Shown here piece after piece: positions 1 to 10,010 of a stretch of 64,000 bases of DNA. Each line of letters opens with the position of its first letter. The stretch's first letter is position 1. Position numbers and translations under genes: made by a program. This DNA comes from Pelagomonas calceolata. Taxonomy: Eukaryota. The stretch is taken from positions 4,402,001 through 4,466,000 of the forward strand of contig CAKKNE010000002.1 of NCBI GenBank assembly GCA_918797485.1, in the 5' to 3' direction. A model generated the notes under the pieces. That model had not been told where the DNA came from. It saw nothing but the letters and a program-made list of their open reading frames with translations, and made no database searches.

Positions 1-101
1 TGCGAGGACCGCGGGGATCGATGCGCCGCACCCCATTGATGAGTCCTGCGGCAGCTGCTGGGCCCGGTGCGTGCGCTACGCAGCTGCAGAAAGGATCGCG
101 C

Positions 102-124
102 GCTAGTGTCTTACAGGACGCTAG
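102..124 (+). promoter_or_regulatory. CTAG-bounded intergenic motif copy (GCTAGTGTCTTACAGGACGCTAG)
   Basis: Matches the window-wide consensus; about 140 bp upstream of ATG 265. Confidence 0.75.
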
Positions 125-264
125 AGGTCGTCGGCGCTACGCGACGTGCGCCAGCTCTCCGCATCGCATCGCTCGTACAGAGCTGCGCCAAGGCCCCCTC
201 TACCCTGTACAATCGCCTTTACCGAATCGGAAGCGAGTGCCACGCGGCAGGGCATCGATCAAAC

Positions 265-1674
265 ATGACGACAAAAACCGGCTCCACCCCCGTCGACCTC
301 GACGCCATCCCGCCACCGGTCCCGTTCATCGTCTGCATCGGCGGCGCGGCGGTGCAGGTCGCCGGCCTGCTGGCCGTCTGGTCCCAGACGAGCGCCGGGC
401 CCTGCCTCGCGGCGCCTATGGCCTGCGTCCGAAGCGACGACGCGGACCCCTGGGGGCGACTGGTCGTCGGCGTTCTCACGGTGGCGGCATTTATTTGGGC
501 GGTCTCCCTAAGGACGGACACGCACTCCGACGCGTCGATCGTCGACCGGCTCTGGTCGATCCAGCCCTGGGTCTACTGCTGGTATGTTTGTTTCATGTTT
601 CCATCGTCCGCACGCGTCGTGCTCATGACGGCGCTCGCGACGGCCTGGGGTATACGACTTACCTACAATTTCGCGATCAAAGGCGGCTACGCCGGCGGCG
701 AGGACTACCGCTGGGCGGTCGTGCGCCACTGGTACCCGGGGTGGCGCTATGAAATTGTCCATGCGGTGTTCGTGTGCGGATTTCAGCAATTGCTACTGCT
801 CGCCATCGCGGCGCCGGTCGTCGCGGCCGCGCAAAGTCAAGCACCGCTCAACGCCGGCGACGCGCTGGCCGCGCTGGTTTTCGTCTGCGCCTTGGTGCTC
901 GAGACGATTGCAGACCGGCAGCAGTTCGCCTTTCAGACGGCGAAGTATGCCAGTGGCACGAAGCCGACCAAGGGTTTTCTGGACACTGGCGTCTGGGCCT
1001 ACAGTCGCCACCCGAACTACTTCGCGGAAGTGTTGTTGTGGTGGGCCTTTTACGGCTTCGCCGTCGCGGCGACGGGCGAGCTGAATTGGTCCGGTGCCGG
1101 CGCGGTATGTCTTACAATTCTCTTCGTGGCGCCGGGTGCATCGGCGGACCTCACTGAGCTCCTATGTTCGAAGAAGTATCCAGAATACAAAGAGTACCAA
1201 AAAAGGGTGTCGCGGCTGGTGCCGTGGATTCCTAGCGAGGAGAGGCCGGCGGTGCTGGGACCAGTCGCTCGCGCCGCATACCTCTTGTACTTTGCGAGCC
1301 ACATCCCAATCACGTTACTGATAGATGCCCAAGCGGCGATCGACCATAGATACTTCCCGGAGCCCGCGCAAGCGCTCTTGGATTGGCACATTCGAGTCAA
1401 CGGAGATTTCCTCATGGGCGCGCCGCCGCTTTGGTTCCGGAGCGTCGTCTGGGGAGAGATATGCCTCCAGCTCCCGTTCTTCTTCGTGGCGGTGAAGGCG
1501 TTGTATGATCGCGACGAGGCGGCCTTCCGCATACCGTTTGTCATTTACGGCGCGCACACGGCGACGACGATGATACCTATCCTGGGGGAGATCGGCGGGT
1601 CAACGCGGCTGACGCTGATCTACCTGCCCTACCTGCTGTTCCCGCTGGGGTGCGTTGTGCTGTTTAGTGTGTAA
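265..1674 (+). CDS. DUF1295 (steroid 5-alpha-reductase-like) membrane protein fused to a C-terminal EXPERA/TMEM97-like domain
   Basis: DUF1295 motifs SIVDRLWS, GEDYRW, ETIADRQQFAF, GVWAYSRHPNYFAE; TMEM97-like YFASHIPITLLID, PLWFRS..WGE..LQLPFF, YLPYLLFP. Start placed at the first ATG (MTTKT). Confidence 0.8.
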   Translation: MTTKTGSTPVDLDAIPPPVPFIVCIGGAAVQVAGLLAVWSQTSAGPCLAAPMACVRSDDADPWGRLVVGVLTVAAFIWAVSLRTDTHSDASIVDRLWSIQPWVYCWYVCFMFPSSARVVLMTALATAWGIRLTYNFAIKGGYAGGEDYRWAVVRHWYPGWRYEIVHAVFVCGFQQLLLLAIAAPVVAAAQSQAPLNAGDALAALVFVCALVLETIADRQQFAFQTAKYASGTKPTKGFLDTGVWAYSRHPNYFAEVLLWWAFYGFAVAATGELNWSGAGAVCLTILFVAPGASADLTELLCSKKYPEYKEYQKRVSRLVPWIPSEERPAVLGPVARAAYLLYFASHIPITLLIDAQAAIDHRYFPEPAQALLDWHIRVNGDFLMGAPPLWFRSVVWGEICLQLPFFFVAVKALYDRDEAAFRIPFVIYGAHTATTMIPILGEIGGSTRLTLIYLPYLLFPLGCVVLFSV

Positions 1675-1677
1675 GTC

Positions 1678-1911
1678 TTAGGCCGAGAGAAGCTTCCCCC
1701 AGCCCGCCGGCGGCGCCTGCCTCGGCGCCGGCGCGATCGCCTCGACGTCGTCCTCGTCGTCGTCGTCGTCCTCGTCGACGTACTTCGTCAGGTCCCTGAT
1801 GACGTCTGCATGCTCAAAGCAGTCGTCGGCGGCGTCGCCGCAATAGCACGGAGTCTCGTCCTGCGCGACGAGCTTCGAGGCGCAGAGCGCAGAGGCGTCG
1901 AGGCGTTGCAA
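1678..1911 (-). CDS. Short acidic hypothetical protein (5' end unresolved)
   Basis: Coding-like GC3; stop abuts the convergent gene; frame stays open to about 2040 but has no clear ATG. Confidence 0.35.
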   Translation of the reverse strand: MQRLDASALCASKLVAQDETPCYCGDAADDCFEHADVIRDLTKYVDEDDDDDEDDVEAIAPAPRQAPPAGWGKLLSA

Positions 1912-2133
1912 GGCCGCCCAGCCGCCGCGTTCGAGCGTGCCGAATGCGTGCCCGCGTGAGCTATTTTCTTGCTTGCTTTTGTCCTTGGCTTTTGGGCTCC
2001 AGTCTCGCGCGGATCGAACGTTGTTCTCACGGACGCTAACGGATTAATGGTGAAGGAGAGGGTTCATATAGTGGTAATTCCTTCAGGAAAGAGGTAGGAG
2101 CTGACAAGCAAAGGCTCCGACACTGACACTGGA

Positions 2134-2153
2134 GCTAGCGGTAAGACACTAGC
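2134..2153 (-). promoter_or_regulatory. CTAG-bounded motif copy (GCTAGTGTCTTACCGCTAGC)
   Basis: Shortened copy on the minus strand in a divergent spacer. Confidence 0.7.
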
Positions 2154-2424
2154 ATTCACAAAGTGTGCAGCTGCACAGCAAGGCAAGTAAGCAAGCAAGC
2201 GCACGTTGCGACGAGGTGGAGCGCTTCTGCACTTGCGCTTGAGCCATAGCAGAAGTAGCAGCTGTGAAAGGAACCACTGCGGCCGGCGGCAGCCATGCTG
2301 CACTAGAGCACCGGCGGCGAGCCGTCAAGCCGCGGCACCAGAATCACCGAGCCGCCGCGCAGCAGTAAACACCATCACCGAGCCGTCACGCGCAGCACAG
2401 CTGCACCACCACCATCATCACAAA

Positions 2425-4102
2425 ATGCCAGTCGAGCGCGTCGACAGCACGTCGCCGCCCGCCGTGCTGCGGGCGCATGAAGAGGTCACAACCAGCGTAA
2501 AAAACACACCGTCCCGGGCACGACGTTAAACTGCCCGCGGTAATGTTGACTTCCAAGTTCAACAACATGATGAGTTGTTGTGCGGCGTCGCAAGCCGCGG
2601 CGCAGCAATGCGCCGCGGTCGTGGACGACAGCGCCCCCGCTCCACCTTGTTACGCAAGGGGGCGAACAACCTGACCCTTTACCAACACGCAGGCTCTCGT
2701 AAACTTCAGCGAGCAGCTCCTCGACCACGAAGCTGTCGAAAGTGTCGCGTTCGACGATATAGCCATCGGAGGAAGCCTCGCGGCGACGCGCGCGACGCCC
2801 GCGACGGTCGAAGACAGCACGATCATTCTCTTCCTCCACGGCGGCTCCTACGCGCACTATTCGCCCAAGGACCCGTGGTACGCGTCTCTTACGTCGCGCC
2901 TCGCCCATAGTACTCGTAGAGTCGTTGTGAGCCCATCTTATAGATTGGCGCCGGCGCATCCGTTCCCCGCGGCGCTCGATGACGCTCTGGCTACATTACG
3001 ATACCTGCGACGGACAAGTCGCGTCGTTGTCTGTGGCGACTCGGCCGGCGGCGGCCTCGCGATGGCTCTCGCGTTGTCCGCGCCGAAGGATATAGTAGGC
3101 GTCGTCGCCTTGTCGGGCCTCTTCGACCTCACGGCCTCCACAGGATCGTATGATAAGCGCGTGGACCCCCTCTTCAGCGACGCGCCCGACGAGGAACGAC
3201 GGTCGACGATCCGCGACGGCCTCACGTATTTGGGGCATAGAGAGCCGCGCGCCAAGGATGTGAATAGTGTCCTCACCGCGGCCTGGTGCTGCTATCCCCC
3301 AAAGCTCACGAAGTTGTTACGGGACTGGCGCTGCTCGCCGCTCTTCGCACCACTTGATCTGTTGCAAAAGCTTCCATCAACGTTGCTCGTGGTCGGCGCG
3401 CACGAGGTTTTGTTGGATGAGTCTCTACAATTGGGTGGCGCCATCAAGGATTGTAGGGTCGTCGTTTTTGAAGATATGTGGCACGACTTCTTCCTCTATT
3501 CAGAGGGCCGCGGTTGTGATGGTAAAAAACTGGACGAGGCGCGGCACTGTATCGATATCGTCTCCAAGTTCGTCGCGGACACCTCCGCGGCGGCCGCGGC
3601 GCGCCGCGCGGCGGTCGCGCCGACGAAGGAGTCCCTACCACAGCCGGCGAGTCCCATCGGTGACGGCGGCGTCTTCCTCACTGGAGTACAAGACTCGCCG
3701 GAACGGGTGCTGTCGCCGGGCCGCGAGCAGACGCCCGAGGACGTCATGATCGCTAGACGACGGGCAGCATTACTGCCGCGCTGCTACGTGGCCTACGCGT
3801 CGTCGTCCGATGGAAGGATGACGGCGTCGAACTGGACGACGCTCCTCACGGTGAGTGGCGTCTTCGAGGCGGAACGGGTGAAGGTTCTGAAGGCTGATTT
3901 GATCTTTTCGGTCCTCGCGCGGGACGGCGCGCTGGGCTACCGGGCCTTCCGCCAGGCCCTGCGCCAGGTCGCCGTGACGCTGTATCCCGAATTGGGCGAG
4001 GGCGACGCCTTTCGGAGGTTGGTCGAGGAGGACGTCCTGCCGCGCGCGACGCTCGCGTCCGAGGAAGAGGCGCGGGACGCGGGGCTGCTCGGGGTTTCGT
4101 AA
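2425..4102 (+). CDS. HSL-family alpha/beta hydrolase with a C-terminal p25-alpha/TPPP-like domain; 5' intron(s), main exon from about 2693
   Basis: LFLHGGSY, YRLAPAHPFPAALDD, GDSAGGGL, MWHDF; C-terminal MTASNW...ADLIFS...F.QAL..VA; acceptor CACGCAG ending at 2692. Confidence 0.75.
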
Positions 4103-4174
4103 GTTTTGGTTTTTTGTGATACTCTGTGCCATTCCCTACACCGCATTGGCGTTTGCTCGACGGCGTGGCATGGT

Positions 4175-4198
4175 GCTAGTGTCTTACATGCCGCTAGC
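4175..4198 (+). promoter_or_regulatory. CTAG-bounded motif copy (GCTAGTGTCTTACATGCCGCTAGC)
   Basis: Consensus match upstream of the 4374 gene. Confidence 0.75.
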
Positions 4199-4373
4199 AG
4201 CGTCGAGCGCGGCGGCGCGGCGCATTTTGGCAGCACTTGCTTGCTAGGCCAGCCCGACGCCATAAAACCGAGTTATAGATCAAAATATTGGCACGGCGCG
4301 AGCGATCAGCACGAGAAGACGCCAGCCGACGCGAGCCAGCAAGTGGAGCTGTAATCAGTGCTGCTGTGCAGCA

Positions 4374-4931
4374 ATGGAAATCTCCATACGACTGCTCATC
4401 AATATAGCAACAGCAGCGGCACTCCGACCGCTCATCATCTTCGGCCGCCCCGGCGCCGGCAAGAGCACGATCGCCGAGCGATTGATTGCCCATCCCGACG
4501 CCGACGGCGCGTACAACGTCGACCTGGACGTCTGCGTGCCGCAGTGGATGCGCGACAACTTCGCCAAGGGTGTGTACCCGACGCTCGCGGAGCGGCGGGC
4601 GTTTGCATCGGACGCGGCGGATCATGTGGCGACCGCGTCCGCTGGCAAAGACGCAGTATGCGTGGTCTCGTTCTCCTTCGTGAACGACGACCTGCGCGAC
4701 TCGTTTCGGGAACGTTTCCCCGACGCGACCTGGGCGCTCGTGGACGCCTCCGACGCCCTCGCCGGCGAGCGCATCGCGTCGCGCGACGGCCACTTCTACG
4801 ACCCGCCGCCGGCGAAGGGCGACGAGTGGCTCTTCGCGCCCGTCGAGTTTGAGCACCTCGTGCTGGACGCGACGTCGCCAGTTGAGGAGAACGTCGCGAA
4901 GCTGCTGCCGCTCGTAAGACGACCAAGCTAA
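4374..4931 (+). CDS. P-loop small-molecule kinase (gluconokinase-like)
   Basis: Walker A GRPGAGKST; ERIASRDGHFY lid-like motif. Confidence 0.65.
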   Translation: MEISIRLLINIATAAALRPLIIFGRPGAGKSTIAERLIAHPDADGAYNVDLDVCVPQWMRDNFAKGVYPTLAERRAFASDAADHVATASAGKDAVCVVSFSFVNDDLRDSFRERFPDATWALVDASDALAGERIASRDGHFYDPPPAKGDEWLFAPVEFEHLVLDATSPVEENVAKLLPLVRRPS

Positions 4932-4943
4932 TCAAAACACAAA

Positions 4944-5468
4944 TTAGTAGCCCTCGTCGGACCAGTCGACGCGGTAGCCCGGGAGCGCCGCGCGGATCAT
5001 CTCGGCCGTCGCCTCGTTGCAGCCGGGGCTGCGGCCGAACGTCTTCGAGTAGCCATATACAGAAATCGTCTTGGCGGCGTCGTCTCGCTTGATGCGTCCT
5101 CCGCCCACGACGCGGACGTGGACCCCCAATGCCTTGAGCGGCGCGGCGGTCACGTCGTAGTTCTCCGCGTGATATTTTAGACCCTGCAGCGCTCGCACGA
5201 TGCGTTTTCGTCGTCCGTCGAGTTCGCATTCGAGGAGTACGAATTTCCAGGTGCCCGCGGCCACGGCGACGTCGACGAGCGAGTCGAACGCCTCGGTCGC
5301 GCCGGCACCGGGCGCGGGCGCGGTCGCCGAGTGGCGCGCGAGGATGGCACGCGCTGCGTCGTTGAGCGGTGCGCCCGTCTGGTCGTCGAATTTTGCGCGC
5401 GGCATGTGGTGCTGGTGGTAATGCTGGGCTTGGACGAGCGCTAGGGTTACGAGGAGCAGTGCTCGCAT
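4944..5468 (-). CDS. Janus/Ocnus family 14-kDa phosphohistidine phosphatase-like protein with a signal-peptide-like N-terminus
   Basis: GTWKFVL, YHAENYD, VGGGRI, ISVYGYSKTFGR motifs. Confidence 0.8.
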   Translation of the reverse strand: MRALLLVTLALVQAQHYHQHHMPRAKFDDQTGAPLNDAARAILARHSATAPAPGAGATEAFDSLVDVAVAAGTWKFVLLECELDGRRKRIVRALQGLKYHAENYDVTAAPLKALGVHVRVVGGGRIKRDDAAKTISVYGYSKTFGRSPGCNEATAEMIRAALPGYRVDWSDEGY

Positions 5469-5582
5469 TGGTGCATGGCTGCTGGCTCTCTGGACTAGGG
5501 CAGACCTTCTCGCAATTCGTGCGATGATACCTAGGTCGATAGGAGCCGTAATGGCTGTCAAATTCTTTCTGCCAGTCGATTT

Positions 5583-5606
5583 CCTAGTGTCTTACATGAC
5601 GCTAGC
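5583..5606 (+). promoter_or_regulatory. CTAG-bounded motif copy (CCTAGTGTCTTACATGACGCTAGC)
   Basis: Consensus match in a 195-bp divergent spacer. Confidence 0.75.
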
Positions 5607-5663
5607 TCATCGAGTCGCCCGCCCTGACCGCTTGGCCTGGTATCGTAACTTTCTGGCCACACG

Positions 5664-6741
5664 ATGAGTGAATTGCAATCTTTTTTTGCGTCCGACTCGG
5701 AGTACTCGGAGGACGAAGCCCAAACAAGCGCTGACCTACCTCGTCGCGTGGCCGATGCCGCTGCGTCCGGAGACATAGACACAATTCGGAGATGGCTCGC
5801 CGCCGGCGGCTCACCAGACGCAGTTCTGAGATGGAGCGACGGGAGGACATACGGAATCCTCGATTTTACCTGCGCGTCGAGCCGGCCGTCGAACACTGAA
5901 ATTGTGGACCTGCTCCTCGCGGCCGGCGTCAACCTCGAAGGTCCACGTGGTGGCACGTCAGTGGAAATTGCGTCAAAGTATGGCGCGGAGGCTACTGTTC
6001 GCAGACTCCTGAGGGCCGGAGCATCGGTCCATGGAGGTGGAGCTCAGAGTGAAGGGCGTACCAGTGGCGTCACACCCCTCCACAAGGCCGTGATAGCGAA
6101 TAATTGGGGGTTTTACAGGGACCCTTGGTCAATCGCCCAAGCCAAACGAGCCACGTCGCTCGGGCACCAGGGCATCGTCCGAATGCTCCTCGCGCATGGC
6201 GCCACGGTCGACGGACGCGCTTCTTCATCTCAATCCACCCCGCTCCATATAGCCGCAAGGCTGGCCGGTTTTATTTCTCTCGGCCTCGTGAAGGAGTTGC
6301 TGAAAAATTGCGCGTCACTTGATGCCGTCGACTTTAGCGGACATGTTCCAGAGGAAGTTGCACAGAGCAGGCTAGCAAGGCCGATTTACACTGGTAACGG
6401 CATTCCAGAGGACCCGCAGTCCCTCCGGCGCCCGGGAGCCGTCGAGGCGTTCCTCGCGCTCCTCGCCGACGTGCGCGCCGCGGGTTCGTTCAAGCGCTAC
6501 GCGAACGCGCAGAGCGCGGCGTGGAAAACAAGCGTGGTCGCCAGCTGAGCCGACTCACCGGCGATATCCACGCAGGCCGCGCCTCGATGTCGTCGTCCTG
6601 CAGGCGCTCTGCGCCGAAGGCCGCGCGTCGCCGCCGCCCGTCCTCACGCGCCTCTTCCCGACCTCTACGAAGTCGCCGCACCTGCCGAAGGAAATCTTCT
6701 GGCGCATCCTCCAGTTCTGGCGCACGGACCGCGACCCCTGA
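5664..6741 (+). CDS. Ankyrin-repeat protein; join(5664..6508,6576..6741)
   Basis: TPLHKA and TPLHIAA repeats; removing the 67-bp intron gives ...YANAPRLDVVVL...LPKEIFWRILQFW*. Confidence 0.75.
6509..6575 (+). mobile_element. Decayed Introner-like GC-AG intron
   Basis: GCAGAGCG-CGGCGTGGAAAA...GATATCCACGCAG-GCCGCGCC: relic TIR and degenerate 8-bp TSD. Confidence 0.55.
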
Positions 6742-6767
6742 CTAGTAAGAGAAGCTTTACACAGTAC

Positions 6768-8522
6768 CTAGTGCCGGGCCTTCTTCGCGGCCGGCTCGGA
6801 GTTCTCGTCGTTCTGAGAGATAAAGTCGTGGTGCGTCGCCACCGCAGGTGCCGCGGCAGCACCCGTCAGGATGTCGACGCGCTCCGGATTCGCCTTCTCG
6901 TCGAAGTCCTTATTTGCCTTGTGGCGGACCTCGACGTTCACCTCGAGATCGATCTGGAAGTCGTTCACGCAGAGCAACGTCCCGTTGACGACCCCCCCCG
7001 CCGGCAGCTTGGCTAGGGTCAGAGGCAGGTTCCGCGCGAGGCCCTCGTCCTCGGAGTCGACCAGACCAGAATTGCCCTTGTCGACGGCGGGGTCGATAAA
7101 GCCGAGCTTCTTCTTCAATACGACATCAACAAACGTCTGGAGAGTCGTTTCATTCGTATCTAAGGCTACGGGTATGGTCGCGTTGCGGCAGACGTAGCAG
7201 GTCGGCTGCGGGCCCTCGAGCGCGACCGGCTGCAGCAACTCGCATTTCCTCCCCGTAGGAAAGCGCTGGCAGTACGTGTACCGTCCTACTTCCGCTAATG
7301 ACGTCCGCTCCTCGCTCAAGATACACTTCTGCTCGACCAACCTTAACAATTCCAGTACCTGTAAACCCGCGACGACGGCATTGGTAGTAGCGATGGCAGG
7401 CACGATGTTACCAGCCACACCCTTCGCCTCGTACAACGACAAGGGATCAATGTGGAAGACGCGGCACCGCAGGTTAGCGGCCGCGGCGACGAAGCGCATG
7501 GACGCCTCGTCGTCCTTATCAAATTCCCAGGAGCCTAATCTTTCCTTCATATCGTTCGAGAGTAGTTCGCGCGCTACTTCCGCGATTTCGGCAGAACACT
7601 GCGGCGCGGTCCAGACGGCGCGGTCCCAGTCCGCCGGTCTGTTTGTTATTGTGGAGGGCGGTTGGGATGCAGCGCCGTCAGTCAACTCTGGCGACGATAA
7701 TGGAGTGGGTACCTTTTTCGCCGTTTTGTAGGTACCCAGCGCCAATTGAGCTTTGACCTCGGCGTCACATAAAGCAGCTAAAGCGGCACCGACGGCCTTT
7801 GACGCGCCATCAACGGAAGTAGTACGGACGGCAGCACAAGCTGAGGCGAACGACGACGGCTCGCCCTCCGCAGCGGGGTCGTCGAACAACATCGACGCCG
7901 ACGCGTCCCCGAACAGCAGCTTAAACAGCTCCTTGGCCCACACCACACAATGCACCGGCTGCGACGGCGTGCTCCGGATCGTGCAGATCGGGTAGACCAC
8001 GCGCTGGGGCTTGGGGAAGCACTCGTAGCACGCCGTCTCTCCTTTCCTGATGCAGAAGACCTGCCCCAAAAATCCAGTCGTGCCGGCCTCGATGAGCGGC
8101 TTGTCGGCCGCGAGGCACATCCTATTGACATGTCTTCTGGCATCGACGTTATCCAAAGCATTAATGACAGCGTCGAAGCCTCTAAACCAGTCGACCTTGA
8201 ACAGGGGGTTAGTGATGATGTTGCCGTGGATCGCCTCGACCTCTACGTTGGGATTGAACCGCTTGATAGCTTCGCCCGCGACTTCCGCCTTGCTCTTCCC
8301 GACGTGCTTCTTTCTGAAGAGGAACTGGCGGTTCAAGTTCGACACGTCGATGGTATCTAAATCTACGACGGTGAGTTTCTCGCAGCCGACGAGCACCAAA
8401 TTCTTTAGTAATTCGCATCCAATACCTCCAGCGCCGACGACCAGTACCTTGCAGGTCCGTAGTTTCTCGAAGTTGGCTTCGCCTAGGCCGGCTACCGAGT
8501 GATCGTAGCGGGGCTGGGCCAT
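6768..8522 (-). CDS. UBA2: SUMO-activating enzyme subunit 2
   Basis: VGAGGIGCELLK, DLDTIDVSNLNRQFLF, catalytic YPICTIRSTPSQPVHC, AGNIVPAIATTNA. Confidence 0.93.
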   Translation of the reverse strand: MAQPRYDHSVAGLGEANFEKLRTCKVLVVGAGGIGCELLKNLVLVGCEKLTVVDLDTIDVSNLNRQFLFRKKHVGKSKAEVAGEAIKRFNPNVEVEAIHGNIITNPLFKVDWFRGFDAVINALDNVDARRHVNRMCLAADKPLIEAGTTGFLGQVFCIRKGETACYECFPKPQRVVYPICTIRSTPSQPVHCVVWAKELFKLLFGDASASMLFDDPAAEGEPSSFASACAAVRTTSVDGASKAVGAALAALCDAEVKAQLALGTYKTAKKVPTPLSSPELTDGAASQPPSTITNRPADWDRAVWTAPQCSAEIAEVARELLSNDMKERLGSWEFDKDDEASMRFVAAAANLRCRVFHIDPLSLYEAKGVAGNIVPAIATTNAVVAGLQVLELLRLVEQKCILSEERTSLAEVGRYTYCQRFPTGRKCELLQPVALEGPQPTCYVCRNATIPVALDTNETTLQTFVDVVLKKKLGFIDPAVDKGNSGLVDSEDEGLARNLPLTLAKLPAGGVVNGTLLCVNDFQIDLEVNVEVRHKANKDFDEKANPERVDILTGAAAAPAVATHHDFISQNDENSEPAAKKARH

Positions 8523-8741
8523 CTTTATTATTATTATGTGCGCGCCGTCCGCGTGCGGCGCCTTGGGTTTAAAATTCGAGCCGCGGAGAGCCTTGTCTCT
8601 TGTGCGGTGTGGCACGCCCGAGCGCTGCAGCGCGGCTTTGTACGATCTATGAAGCACTGCGCGAGCACACGAGAGGAGCCTAGCAATCGCTCCTGCTGCC
8701 TGATATGCGCGGTGACTGCGCCTGGATTAGCTTGCTGGGAG

Positions 8742-8762
8742 GCTAGTGTCTTACGCAATTAG
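8742..8762 (+). promoter_or_regulatory. CTAG-bounded motif copy, degenerate right arm (GCTAGTGTCTTACGCAATTAG)
   Basis: 13-bp left half identical to the consensus; divergent spacer. Confidence 0.65.
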
Positions 8763-9070
8763 TTTTACCCACCGCCAGCGCGTCGAGAGGCGTCGTTGAC
8801 GGCATGGATGGTTGGCGACGGGGGCAGTTCAATGGCCGCAACCATGCCTGGCATTCGATCAGCTCGGCGTCTAATAGCGCCCGACGTAGCGCGATGAAGC
8901 ACAGATAAACAATCTCACGAGTTCGGCCCAAGCCCAATCGACGCCGCCGACCAAAAATCGCGGCTCGCAGGACACGCGCCGTCAAAATACCTGGAAATCA
9001 CAGCTGAAACCAGGCCTGACCACCCGTCAGGGACGCCCGCCGCCGACGCCCACCCCAGCTCCCAGCTCCC

Positions 9071-9970
9071 ATGGCCCACCGCCGCGGCTCCACCACCGAG
9101 CTCGCGGCTTTACTAGCGGCGCTCGACCTCTCCGCGTTTTTGCCGGCCTTCGTCGAGGACAATTTGGACGACCGGTCCCTCGTTTCGCTGCGCGAGGGCG
9201 ACCTGCGGGCGCTAGGTATTCCGGCGACAGCTAGAAGACGGTTTCTGGAGGCCGTCGACGAGAGGAGGCATGTGCCGGAGGCCCTCGAACAGCTCCGAAG
9301 GGACCGCGACGTGGCCTGGGCCGAAGTGGCACGCTTGCGAGCTCTCTTAAGAAGACGCCAGAAGCCCGCGGCCATTTCAGCGTCGCCCTACGGCGTCGCG
9401 GAGCGGCGCTCGAGCTTCTCGCCGTCGCCGCCGCCGAGTCCCGCGCCCAGTCTCCAATCAGCCTACAGCCAGCCGCAGACGTCTCCTGTACACATGGGTT
9501 CGGAGCCCCCTACGCCGTCGTCCACGGTCACCTCATTCTTCCGGTCCACGTCGCAGCTCACGCTACCGCGCATCGACGACCGAAGGCGGACGGTTAACCT
9601 ATGTGCCTCGCTCAATCAGACTGGGGGCTTTGCCGAGGCGGCTTCGTTCTCACGTCAAGCAGTCTCGGCATCAAAAGCTGCACTCGGAAAGGAGCATATG
9701 ATCACGCTAATGCTTTGGCATTCGTTGGCTCAAAGTCTCTACCTCGACCGCGACGCTTCCCGGGAACAACTCCGCGAGGCCGTAGAAATTTTGGAGCGCA
9801 TCTACATTACATCGCAGCGGGTCTTCGGCGGCCAACATCCCCGCACGAACGATATCCGGTTCACCCTCTGCCGGGCGCGTGGTGAAGCTTTTTTCAGCAA
9901 GCTACGAATCCGATTTGTTATACGCTTCATCCGCTTTGTTATATGCTTCCTAAGAACAAAGGTCAAGTAA
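9071..9970 (+). CDS. SAM-domain protein with a Ser/Pro linker and a C-terminal TPR-like module of the LREAV..LE..RVxGG.HP family
   Basis: LDLSAFLPAFVEDNLD...DLRALGIP...RRRFL; C-terminus similar to the 34374 gene. Confidence 0.65.
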   Translation: MAHRRGSTTELAALLAALDLSAFLPAFVEDNLDDRSLVSLREGDLRALGIPATARRRFLEAVDERRHVPEALEQLRRDRDVAWAEVARLRALLRRRQKPAAISASPYGVAERRSSFSPSPPPSPAPSLQSAYSQPQTSPVHMGSEPPTPSSTVTSFFRSTSQLTLPRIDDRRRTVNLCASLNQTGGFAEAASFSRQAVSASKAALGKEHMITLMLWHSLAQSLYLDRDASREQLREAVEILERIYITSQRVFGGQHPRTNDIRFTLCRARGEAFFSKLRIRFVIRFIRFVICFLRTKVK

Positions 9971-10010
9971 ATGCACCGGGTAAGAAAGTAGGATTTCACA
10001 AAGTTAAGAC

